A stretch of 64,000 bases of DNA. Source: Antedon mediterranea. Taxonomy: Eukaryota; Animalia; Echinodermata. The stretch is from the NCBI RefSeq assembly GCF_964355755.1, contig NC_092671.1:33118304-33182303 (forward strand). The letters are read 5' to 3'. Positions within the stretch are counted from its first letter, which is position 1; every line of letters begins with the position of its first letter. The notes under the pieces were generated by a model. That model saw only the letters and a program-made list of their open reading frames with translations. It searched no databases and was not told the DNA's origin. This document shows positions 50,354-62,891 of this stretch, piece after piece. The translations under genes and the position numbers were made by a program.

Positions 50354-51865
50354 CCCCTACCCCTACCCCAAAAATGTCTTTTTATTGCAATTTTGAAGAA
50401 TAATAAAATTACATGACAATGGTATTAATGCACTGCAATTTTATTCATGTTAACACACATTTTGTTATTCAATGTCAGTAAACACAAGTAAAACACAATT
50501 AAAATAAAAAGTATTGAACAAATTGGAGATTTGATATTGAAATGTATTTCATTATGGCATATATTTGCAATTTTGCAAAAGGTCAGTGACCTTTTTGACC
50601 TCTACTGACCTTAAACATTGTTCAATTAATTTTATTCAAATTTTATATGATTAAAAAACACGAATGCTACACAACGACACCAAGATCATACTAATTAGAT
50701 GTTTGATTCTTGGGTTATTGCTATTAATGTTACACCCTACCCCAAAAAATGTATTTTTATTACAATTTTTAAGAATAAAAAATGATAATTTGTGTATAAT
50801 GAACTGCAATTTTAATCTTGTTAACATATATTTTCTTGTTCAATATGTCAGTAAGCACAAGTAAAACACAATTAAGATAAAACATATTGAAAATTATAGA
50901 TACTATGTTGAAATTTATCTATATTTTGGCAAAAATGTGCATTTTTGTAAAAGGTCAATGACCTTTTGACCTCTACTGACCCTACTAATAGTCCGATTAA
51001 TTTTATTTTTATTTTATAAGATTTTAAAAGATGTATGCTACACAATGGTACCAAGATAATACTAATTAGGTGTTGGATTCTTGGGTTATTGGGATAATTG
51101 TTACCCCCTACCCCAAAAAATGTCTTTTTATTGTAATTTTGAAGAATAACAAAATTACATGACAATGGTATTAATGCAGTGCAATTTTTTTCATGTTAAC
51201 ACATATTTTGTTATTCAATATGTAAGTAAACACATGTAAAACACAATTAAAATAAAAAATATTGAAAATTGGAGATTTGATATTGAATGTGTCTCATTAT
51301 GGCAAATATTTGCAATTTTGCAAAAGGTCAGTGACCTTTTGACCTCTACTGACCTTAGAAATGGTTCGATTAATTTTATTCAAATTTTATATGATTAAAA
51401 AACATGAATGCTACACAACGACACCAAGATCATACTAATTAGATGTTTGATTCTTGGGTTATTGCTATTACTGTTACCCCCTACCCCAAAAAATGTATTT
51501 TTATTGCAATTTTTAACAATAAAAAATAACAATTTGTATATAATGAACTGCAATTTTTATCTTGTTAACATATATTTTCTTATTCAGTATGTCAGTAAGC
51601 ACAAGTAAAACACAATTAAGATAAAAAATATTGAAAATTGTAGATACGATATTGAAATTTATCTATATTTTGGGAAAAATTTGCATTTTGCAAAAGGTCA
51701 ATGACCTTTTGACCTCTACTGACCTTAATAATCTTCCGATTAATTTTATTTAAATTTTAAAAGATTTTAAAAGATGTATGCTACACAATGTTACTAGGAT
51801 AATACTAATTAGATGTTGGATTCTTGGGTTATTAAGATAAATGTTACCCCCTACCCCAAAAAACA
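50354..51865. repeat. ~372-bp tandem repeat x4 arranged as an A-B-A-B 744-bp higher-order repeat
   Basis: ctaccccaaaaa at about 50363, 50737, 51108, 51481 and 51851; near-identical ORFs at 50664 and 51408 are 744 bp apart. Confidence 0.92.
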
Positions 51866-53865
51866 TTTGAAGATAAAACACTGATGATCATTACAAATGA
51901 CGCAAATACATACAATGCATCCCTATATTTTTCTTGTTAACATCGATTTTTTCACTCTATATATCCGTGGGAAGAAAATGATACCAAAGAAGTTTAACTG
52001 TGGGGGGATGGGGGTGCACGGTAAACCCCCTCCAGCCCATGGACTATATCATTTTAACTATCCCGTGGTTTTAATTATTTATATTTCAATTGCAAACAAC
52101 TCTAAATCATCCAACTCGTCAGTCATTTAATTAGTGATATTTCAGCTGCAATTAGTGAAAGTTTTACTATTGAATAATTAAAACACTTAATTCCAATTAA
52201 TTCAGTTACAAGTGAACATATACAAACAAATTTAGCGTTCTCTCGTAATAACCTCTAAATGATTCAAATCATCAATATTACGTAAACATACACTTAAAAT
52301 TAGCTTAGTACAACAATTTACAAACATGTCCTTAATACATAACGATGTTTACATCATAAACAGCTGGCGACTTGTGAAGAATATTGAATAACAATACTAA
52401 GGGCCCCGAAATGTGTATTTGTCCAATCAGTCGCAGCTGTACGCAAACAAACAAAATTCACGCAATTAATGCTAACCCGTGACGATTCCTCCCGATGCAG
52501 ACTACTCGAAACAACTTGCTTCAGCTTTCTAGGCCTACTCTTCTCTTCGTTTATAATTATTCCATGATTTAATAAAACCAGATTGTTGCTCTGATAAATT
52601 CATTATGCTTCCAATCATTATAACATGCACTGTTATCAATAAGACTTAATGTTATTTGTACAATTGTGTATAGAAGAACACGATTTACTCATTATAACAA
52701 TAACGTTGCGTGATATTGCAGCAACTATTCATCGATTTTACCGTACCAATTTTTACGTGTTGAAGAAATAACAACCTTTGATAATTGTTGAAGTGTCATT
52801 TTGATGATCATTAAATTATAGTACCTATTTATACTCCTGGTAACGGCTTCTCTTAACGGGAATATCAATAATCGAACACACCATTTTGAAGGATGGAAAA
52901 CGTAAGTAACACACTTATTTTTGTTTGTTTGTTTGTTGATCAATACATAACTTATTTAATTTGTATAAAATAATACAAATCACTAGATAATACAAATCAG
53001 GAAGGCTCGTTGTGGAAGTGTTAACATTCTGTATAAAACAAACCCCTAAAATAAAAACCTTTTTACATTTACATCCAACAGTCAAAGATCAATAACAGGA
53101 TTACCTGAAAATATTTAAATTCTCTTTAAAAAAAAATTAATACAAATATCAGTAAATTACTGTTGATTTGATTAATGAAATCAATAGGCATTTGAGAATG
53201 ATGGATTTTAAGGCTTCCTTCTGTAACAAGTTTGTACGGGAAGTTTTCTGATTCATGATGGGCGCATATTTTGTGCTTGATACGTGTTTCTGCACTTGAA
53301 ACCGAACAAACCACCAATAAGTAGCCTAAATTATTCAATTACTTATAGACAAGGAACTGCATAACCCACATGTGCGTAAAACGTTGGCATTTCTTTGCTT
53401 CAGATATCAGAATAAAGTTGTGATTAGTAGGCCTTATCATCAGCCTTTCGAGCTTTCCACTTATGCTGTCCTTTTACACGTTTTACGTACATTTTGTTTA
53501 TTCTACCCCATACGAAAAATATAGATATATCCAGTTTGTAGCTATTTATATTCTAGACGGAAATTTGATCCCCTTTTATTGCAGGCGAAACTGTACATTG
53601 CATAGTCTGTTGGAGGTTTTTTGTTATCCAATGAGAAGCGTTCTAATAGAACCTTTGTTATAGAAGTTTCAAACATTTTTTTGATCTTTTTAACATTAAT
53701 AAGTGTAGGCCTTTTTGTATACAATAATTTTTTCTGGTTGTAATAACTTATCGTTTTTGATTTAGAGGTTTAGCTTATTTTATTTGTATCTCCTTTGAGA
53801 TCTATCCAGCCACAGCATTGTTATTTTTGTAGTAATTTGCTTTTTGAATGTATTATTATAAAGTT

Positions 53866-55174
53866 AGAAGGTATCATAGTTTCATTACATAAACCAGGCA
53901 AACAAAAGGGTATCGTAAAGAACCTTAGACCAGTTGTCCTCCTAAATATCATTAGAAAAATTTTGGCCATTTGCCTTATAAATAGAATTGATGATAAGCT
54001 TAGGACCATTATACCACCCTCACAGGCAGCATACTGTAAAGGAAGGAGTGTCACTGAACATGTGTTTACTCTCCGAACACTAGCAGAAAAAGCAATCACA
54101 TCATCAGACTACGAAATAAATGTACTCATGTTAGACATGAGCAGTACTTTTGATACTGTAGACAGGAAAAAATTAATTGATATAATATCTCACATCCTTG
54201 AACCAGAAGAGCTAAATATTATCAAAATCCTCATAGAACAAGTAGATCTTAGAGTAAGGATTGGAAAGGAAATATGCGACCCAATTAAATCAAACATAGG
54301 AGTACCACAGGGAGACTGTCTTAGTCCCATCCTTTTCATTACATATCTAGCACATATCCTACAAAAATATGAACAAGAGCAACGTCAACAAAAACAATAT
54401 ACACCTGAATTTACATTAAACATTCAATATGCAGATGACATATCTTTTGTATCTACCTCACAAGAATATATAAATGAAATAAATACAGACATTCCACGGT
54501 ATCTACAAGACTATAATCTAAAAGTTAACCCGTCAAAAACCGAAGATTTTAAAATAAAAAGGAAAGGAAATGAAGACTGGCGAAACTGCAAATTCCTTGG
54601 AAGTAAATTGGGAACCAGAGAGGATGTTAATAAAAACGTCTCGCATTAGCAGCTTTCAGCAAGATAAATCACATACTCCAAAATAGAAAAATAACAATAA
54701 ACCTGAAAATGAGAGTCTTCAACGTATACATTACAAGCATCTTTCTGTATAATTGTGAACTGTGGACAATGACAGCATCACTAAAAAGCGAAATCGATGT
54801 CTTTCAAAGAAAATTCCTAAAGAGAATAATAGGTATAAGGTGGCCGGAGAAAATAAAAAATGAAGATTTGTACAAAAGAACAGGAGAAATTGAGTGGAAT
54901 AAGAACGTAAAGAAAAGAAGGCTGACATGGTATGGTCACCTGCTCCGTTTAAATGAGAACACACCAGCTAAGATCGCACTCGGAGAGGCTCAGAGAAAGA
55001 CCAAAAAACCAAAAGGAAGACCAAAAACAACATGGATGGCAAACATAAAAAAGGAAACAGAACTTTTTACACGCGGACCTATACACATGCTAGCTAAAAA
55101 ACGTACTGAGTGGCGAACACAAGTGAGACGCGCAATGTCTAACGACGATTAGCGTTTTAGGAGGTTTTAGGAGG
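53866..55174 (+). mobile_element. 5'-truncated RTE-clade LINE (RT and C-terminus, one frameshift near 54630)
   Basis: NLRPVVLLN, SQAAY, LDMSSTFDTV, GVPQGDCLSPILF, YADD, FLYNCELW, WYGHLLRL and GRPKTTW motifs; 3' (gttttaggag) repeats; 11-bp TSD attataaagtt at 53855-65 and 55175-85. Confidence 0.92.
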
Positions 55175-57139
55175 ATTATAAAGTTTAGAGATTGAAATTA
55201 TTTCGTCAACAGTTTAAAGATTAATTTCGTTATATTGACTAACCCTATTTAAAGTACATTATTTATTTAGATAATTCTTTAGAGAATTGGGTTGAATGGA
55301 TTAAAAAAAACATATTTAATACATAAGTTGATGCTACTTAAGAATTCAAATCTAATTACTGTTGATGGATTTCAAATTTGATCAATGAAATATATAATAA
55401 CTAGGCATTGGAGAATAATGAATTTGAAGTTCATTCTGTAACATAAGTTATGGGGAGTTTGCTGATGCATGGGCGGATATTTTAGTTTATTGCGTGTTTT
55501 TATTTATTGTTGATAAAGTACTGTACTTGAAACCAAACAGCAATTATATCTTTGCTTCAACTATCAGAATAAGGGTATAATAGGCATTATCTTCAGTCTC
55601 TCGTCCGTCTTGTGACATGCCGCTTTGCCATTTTTTACATTTCCTATTTCCTTTTAACTTCGATGATCCATGCAGTTTTTGGTCTTCATAGACACTGACT
55701 TCTGCCGTTTTATTTTTCTGTTTATATGTGTTTAGATGATTTTATTACGGCGTGTGTACGCGCTGTCCACCATGTTACTTTGTGGTGTCCCTGTACTGTG
55801 GCAATTTGAACAAACCATCCTCATTATGCATCCATGCCCTAGCTAAATCATTCACTGCATTCACGCAATGTAGGGAAGGTGGTATTACACAAGGGGTAGA
55901 AATTGATATCTAGGTTTGGTTAGGCTTCCTAACTAATATAACATTGTTGTTATCTGTCGATGCATGTTAGACTTACTGTTGTTGCCAGCGGTACCTTTTA
56001 CTAATTTTACTTTACTTTAGGTCTACGTTATCTATTTACCAATTTAGAGTATCACACACGATTCATAATCAGAACTCTAATACGCCAATGAAGATTCAAA
56101 ATGTTTAAGTACGCCGACACGATGGCTTAATATAGATTACCGGTTAAACATTGGCCGTGATTGCAATTTTCATTTTCTAGTTATTTTCGAACAGTTGTTT
56201 CTGATCCAATACTGGGCGATGTACTTAATTGCGATGAGTCTGAAGATTGTATGTGTTTCCATTAACTTTAGGGTCGATTTAGCTTGTTTGTCTGCCTCAG
56301 CTAACCCGCGTTATTAATGCATGTTTTTTATATTAATATTTTTATAAAACATATATAGAAATCAAACTGTATGACATTGACAGAAGACCGAGAAGATGAA
56401 AAAAAATGTTATTTTTCGTAATTAGTGTGTATTGCCAACAATTTCCAAGAAGAAAGCTATTGTTCATCAAGAAACATACATTTTCTTAGATATTGTTTAT
56501 TTGTATCATTTATTCTATTGACTGTAGTATCCGTACTGCCGATTCTCGTTGCGTCTCTAGTTGGAACCAATCTTAACACCAAATGTATAGTGTATAGGGG
56601 CCCTATTCAGTGAGACCATGTTACGGCCTACTGTGTGTATTGTCGATATTCATGATACCCTACCAGTAGTGGCTGACTTTTTCAGTAGGTCCTAAGTAAA
56701 AAAAAGTAAACAAAAATAACCTATAGGCTTATACCTACACATTTTCAGAAATACCTTCCTTCTTCGAAAGATCCTTTTACATTTGTAAATATATTCTTTT
56801 TTTTCCCATGTTTAATGTATCATATAATAAAATATTTGTAATTTAATAATTGTTAATGGCAAGAGAACCTCTAAACCACCCATCAGTAACATTGAAATAA
56901 ATAATATAGAACGATCATAAAGATTAGAACATCCATGATATTATCTACTTATATAAGTCATCATTTATTTGTTGTCAAGCCTAAGTGTTCATTTTGTATT
57001 AAATGTGTTTGGATATTAGTTATCATTCCAATTTTTCACTCACAAGTCGACAATCGCAAAATATTCACACAAAACTCGTACGAAACTCAAAAGTTGAATA
57101 TTACAATTCATAAAAAATACCTACCAGTACAATATTTAG

Positions 57140-57262
57140 AAATTTTGAAAGTTTTGAAATGCTCAAAATGACCTGAAATGTACGCGAAATTGATTAAAAG
57201 AAATTAATTTTGCGCATTTTGAAATTTTAAATACGCGTAATCGCGTATTTTTTGCGTAGCAT
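57140..57262 (-). mobile_element. Diverged fragment related to the HINE A/B core
   Basis: tgacctgaaatgtacgcgaaattg...aaattaattttgcgcattttgaaattttaa resembles the reverse complement of ~9858-9920. Confidence 0.5.
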
Positions 57263-58032
57263 GCTATTTTTATCATATCAAAATTTGCTCTATATTATGA
57301 AATACACTTTTGTTAAGGTTAATTGAAAATAATAATTTTTGTTCAGAATTTAGGCCTATTTGTAACTTTTTTTCAAAGTGGATAACTAGTATTGTAACAT
57401 TAATATGGCATATACAAAAAATTATTTTTTTCAGGGGGACAATACAGCTTTAACATTCGAACACAACTCGTACGACAACCAATCTCGATGCACAAGACCT
57501 GATGTTGTTTTCACAGCCCTTCGAGACTTTTAGTTTTTTTTTTTTTGCGTTTCATAAATTTATAACCATAAACCATTATCTATAAAAGTAATCATCGAAA
57601 TTATCTAAAAATTGTACTCGATTATCTCGCTAAATACCCCCGTGGCCGCATTCCCCAATCACACTAAATCCATACATTTCTCTTCAATACTAGTGTTTCA
57701 GTCAATACTATTTAAGGATTTCCCGTAAAGTGCTAGGCAAATTCACTTTGGAGAATTAATAGGGGGAAGTATACCCTTGATATCTATCGTTATCTACATA
57801 TTGCTGTTGAGTTTAAGAGGTTAGTTATTATAGAGTTATGTTTAGTTAGGTTGATTGTTGTGAGTTAGGTTGATTATTTAGAAGCTATGCTGACTATTTA
57901 GGGGTTATGGTTATTAATTAGGGATTAGATTGATCAGGAAAGATTGAAATAAAATCGATTCAATTCAATCGAAACATTTATTTTGACCAAAATCCGAAAA
58001 AGACATACAAACAAGTCCGTTACTGTCCGCCA

Positions 58033-58145
58033 TTTTTAGTCGCGTGCGAACGCGACTCTACAGATCACTATGTCGGTCGGTTGGTCGGTCGGTAAACACT
58101 AACTCAAATTTTCGCACGCGATGCAGCCATGTATATGGCCTTGTT
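58033..58145 (+). mobile_element. HINE family B complete mini copy (~113 bp)
   Basis: ttttt-agtcgcgt-gcga-acgcgact hairpin, (GTCG)n, cacgcga subterminal IR, gccat-gtat-atggc hairpin, cttg-tt. Confidence 0.85.
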
Positions 58146-60472
58146 AATCAATGACAAATAAACTAATTTTTAAAAAGTGAAATTGTTTCTCACAAGCATA
58201 CCCCCTTTTTACTTGTTCTCTTATAAAGTTAATTTCAGTCATAATCTATTTTTATTTTATATTTACAAAATCAACACATAAAACAATTTCATCGTATTTC
58301 AATTTGAATTTAGGCCTAAAGATAATTAATTGTGTGGTAAATCCATTTTTTTTACAATTTTCAGTTAACACTTAAATTAATAAACTTAGGGGTCAATTGG
58401 TTAAGCTACATTCACACTGTGACGTGTTTTAAGTGGAAAATCATTTTATTGAATGGCGCTTTCTTAGATTCCGTGAAAAGTGTAAATGTAGCGTTAGGCC
58501 TACTTGTAATCTTGTTTCGAGACGTACAGGTTTGTTGTTTGTGTGAAGTCAGAGTTTGTTGTTACCATACCTCCCGATTGTAATTGTTTTTTTGCCGTTC
58601 ATTTTCCTGCTAACGTGTCTTTGCTAATTGTAAAAAAAAACACTACAGCTTTTATGCTACGAAATTAATAATCAATACGGGCATTTAAGGCGGATATGTC
58701 GCGTTTAATATTAAGTTAATCATGACAGGAACATTGTGGTGGAGATAAGAAGGATCATAAATTAATTTTACCTTTTGCAACAAATCACAAGTTTTAACCT
58801 ACTAAGCGGAAACACTAAAATGCTAATACTTTTATTTTGTTTTAGGCTCTTGAACTAATCCTGGATTTACTTGGCAGTGTAGGATAAAAGCTTCTACTGA
58901 GCTGCCAACAAACGTTAAGAAAATAATGTTAACAAAAATTGGCGGATAAAACATACCGCTTATGTCGTAGAATGGCTGTTACCGTTTGATGGATTATATT
59001 GTAGACGTAAAGTGACACATTTCTATGTAATAGCTACTTTATACTATGTTTGACATGATAGAATGACTATCATTGGATAGGTATATCAATACAAAATAGT
59101 CAGACACGTTGATGATGAGTTGACATTTTACTGAATATTTAATTAGGCCTACATCAGTCGAACTTGCATAGTAATATAAAATAGTCATACCAGTTGACAT
59201 TTTTCTGAAATACTTTAGTTAACTGTTTATCATTCAAAATCGTAATTTTTTCTACCTTTTATAACGTAGCTTTGATCGTAAATGGGGCTTAAGATTAAAA
59301 ATTAGTCGTTCGTAGGATCAAGGAGGAAATATAGTACGATATGAACAATATGACTACGAAGAAATACCGTATCATTCTGCACATGCGCATGAGACCAAAA
59401 TGCGTCCACGCAAATTAGTTTATTGATCTTACGGATAAACAAAACACGTGGCATCACATGTCAGGTCCTAACAAAACACTTTGATGAAGTGAAACAAATG
59501 TTTACGATGAATAGTTTCTCGATTAATTATAGAATGACAATATTGTTGGAACTTTTGGTATTTTGTGATTTTAAAATTGATTTAAAAGAATTTAAGTATT
59601 ATACTTTAAACGATGTTTTGTCTAGGCTGGCGATCGCCAAATGTCCAGGCTAGACGATTAAATAACAATTTAAATTAACTTTTGTAAATACTAATACTTG
59701 ACGTTCAGGGTAAACGAGTATAAATGTAGCCTATAAGCCTAAAACAAACCGTCCAATCTAATTGCCATAGTTTGCTGACTACTAGTGGTTCAACAAAGGA
59801 AATATAAGCAATCACTGAAACGAATGACTTCTATATTTCGTGTATGTTGAATTTTTAGCAGTCAGATAACTGCTTTTACGTCAGTTCTGATCTTTTGAAA
59901 TACTAATGGGGTTTACTTCAGTAATTTAATTTTCGTCTTGAGTTAAATCCATGAATACATGAAATCAACTAAGTTACTTAACAAAGGTCAGGTCATTCTG
60001 ACAAATCCATTATCGTGATTCGTATGACTTTTTTTCTTTGAACATCTTATTTGAGAAAAAAGAGTAATGTGAGGAACAATCTCTTAATTGTTTACGTACA
60101 TACGAGTAAAATAATCGTTTATATCAATGTATGTCATATTTTGTTGTAACTTTACAAAGAGAACTGTAATTGAATGAAAAAGATATAATCACCAGTAGGC
60201 ATAGTTGGTGGACACATTCTGTTTTGTCACTATTCACTTTCAGTTTTCACTATGTGACTCTATGTAATTTTTAAGTCCAAAATTCATTTTGCGCGCGCTT
60301 GGAATTATAATTGATTGAACGCATATTACATCATCAACTAGACGCGTGCGTATAAAAGCTGTTCCAATGATACACCCGTCAAAAATATTGTTCCGCTTTC
60401 AGATTCATTTCATTTCGTCATAAATGTTATTGTCCTTAGAAATGTATATAATCCTTACATCTACAATGTACA

Positions 60473-60560
60473 GGTGGAGTGGAGGTTGTTGGTTAATAAG
60501 CTCGGCTACCAATCCCAGAGTTATAGGTTCGAATCAAGTAGGATATTTTTTCTCATGACA
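60473..60560 (+). mobile_element. tRNA-derived SINE head
   Basis: ggtggag...ttggttaataagctcggctaccaatcccagag with B box ggttcgaatc and a T-run. Confidence 0.55.
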
Positions 60561-61323
60561 AAAACAACTCCACTCTCTGACTTAATTTTGAAGACTTTGT
60601 TTATGTATGGCGTATTGTATATACTGTGTTTGTCCTGTTAAGGATCGCCACCTTTAATAAGGATAGTTAATGAATTCGCTTATGGTTATCAGTTATCATT
60701 GGCAATTTTCCTAAATATTGAAAGAAACGGGTACAAATGCATTACTATACTCTCGAAATGTTAAGATAGAATAAGCTAAAATAAACCAATTAAGTACTGT
60801 AGTTTACTCTTTTAGGCCTAAGGAGTTAGTAGACGTTTTACAATTGAGTTGTTCATTTGGAGCACAAATTGGCAGTCAGACACAATATATCCTATGAGAA
60901 AGTAGTATAATAACCTGTCTCTCCAGGCCTACAGGACTTAGTTCGCACACGTGTTATAGTTCTTCTCCCATGGTTCGTTTCTTTCCTTGAGGCAAGTGTA
61001 CAATCGGCGTTCTTCATTTTGAAAACACGAAAATAAAAACGTAGGCCTACTCTGTAATGATGAATGATAAGTCAACTAGCCTGTCGACAGCGACGTCGTG
61101 CATTAAAATATCGATTCCACATCCTGTCATCTGACTTTAACTGATCAAATTCTAATCCTCTGGTATACATTTTAATGATCGTCAGATTGTCGCTAACCTC
61201 AACATGTCGATAAGTATTGAAATAGTTTTAAAAGAATGTTTAGACATACGTCATTGCAGTGAAACAGCTTACTTCAGCTTCACCTGCTTTGGACCCCTAA
61301 AATGTCTTGTCTGTTTCGTAAGT

Positions 61324-61496
61324 CAGTAAAACCTCTATTAAAGGAATATCTACGGAACCAAGTGACTTTTTAATAAGGGTGTCCCCTGTGTAGAGGTTAC
61401 ATGTAGTGTTAAAACATTTAACATGTATGCATACATTCGTTTTATGGTAAAGTGTCCCCTTAATATGGATGTCCCTGAATAGAGATGTTTTGACTG
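61324..61496. mobile_element. Tc1/mariner-type MITE
   Basis: TIRs cagtaaaacctctatt / aatagagatgttttgactg, internal gtcccc repeats. Confidence 0.6.
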
Positions 61497-61906
61497 ATTA
61501 TAATGTACATGTTTATTTGTTTGCACGATAGCGTCAACTACAAGTACGTTCTGGGTGAGGCACATTTATTTACCCGTTTGTACTTGTATTGAACTTATTC
61601 TTTAGTTTCTTTTGCAGGAACTCTAGTTACGTCATGTTAATGTATTCTTCATTCTTCAAAATATTACTGTACAGTTTTAGTGGATTCAATGTCCAGGCTA
61701 AATATTCCATAGTTCTAACTGGCTGTGCATCATTACGTTTTATTGGTCTTATGCCTAGACGTGTATTTTCTTTAGTATCGTAATCATATACAAATCTTCT
61801 ATCTATCTTTAAAAGTATATTTAAAACATCTTAGCGCTGTTATTTGTAGCTTTTTAAGCCTGTAGCTTCTATAAATCAAATCTCTCAAATCCCATCTTGA
61901 ATATAT

Positions 61907-62308
61907 CGATTTTGTTGCCACGTATGCTTAAAAACAAGTCTTTTGACACTAGTACCAAAATGCGCATGTTATTGATACTATCATCTTTCGACAGGTTTAC
62001 AATAATCATAGAGAAAATATGCTGTCATCAGTGGCATTATTAGTTGATAAACAGGAGCTGTTTCATGATTTTCTTCACCTTGAGCTTAGATTCTGTTTTC
62101 TGTGACCGATTTTGTTGCCACGTATGCTTAAAAACAAGTCTTTTGACACTAGTACCAAAATGCGCATGTTATTGATACTATCATCTTTCGACAGGTTTAC
62201 AATAATCATAGAGAAAATATGCTGTCATCAGTGGCATTATTAGTTGATAAACAGGAGCTGTTTCATGATTTTCTTCACCTTGAGCTTAGATTCTGTTTTC
62301 TGTGACCG
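61907..62308. repeat. Exact 200-bp tandem duplication
   Basis: cgattttgttgccacg at 61907 and 62107; copies identical by eye; 2-bp CG junction microhomology. Confidence 0.95.
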
Positions 62309-62891
62309 CATTCTTTTATGACTACAACTGTATATCTCTTAAATCCGTATTTTGATACGCGTTCTGATATAAATCAGAGACAAAATTACATTATGATATA
62401 GTTGTTTTCAAACTTAAACTATTTCCCTGCGTTTCCTGTTTCTTCTTAATAACATTCAGCTGTGGAGTGATTAACAGTATTACACACCAGTTATAAAGCA
62501 TGATTTCAATATCAATATAAAAAAGGTCAATATTGGATTAGGCCTAACTTTCATTTTTACGTAGCAGTTCATTTTTAAATGTTTTATACTGTGCCAGTGA
62601 AATAGTATTACACTGTCAAATAGGCCTAGCAATTTTAGACGTCATCATGAAGTATGATTTGAGAACTACGTATTGGTAGGCCCAGGCGATTTGTTTGATT
62701 TTCAAAAGCCTGAAGTTTTACGGAAATGTATAACTTTTACTTTCAAATTATACTTGGTGCAATGTCCCTGTTTTACTTTATACTTCCTCCTTAATATTAA
62801 ACTTTCCCATTTCTTGTCTCTATTCTTAATCTAAAATAGTTTACACGTTGATCTAGTAGGTGTTAGGGCTATTCTAATATGAATTTCAATT

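Noticed and set aside
50664-51608. Duplicated 66-aa ORFs
   Set aside because: Products of the 744-bp higher-order repeat; no coding evidence.
58870-58908. Hairpin beginning TGGCAGTGT (miR-34-like seed)
   Set aside because: The hairpin is only about 38 nt, too short for a pre-miRNA, and the sequence beyond the seed departs from miR-34.
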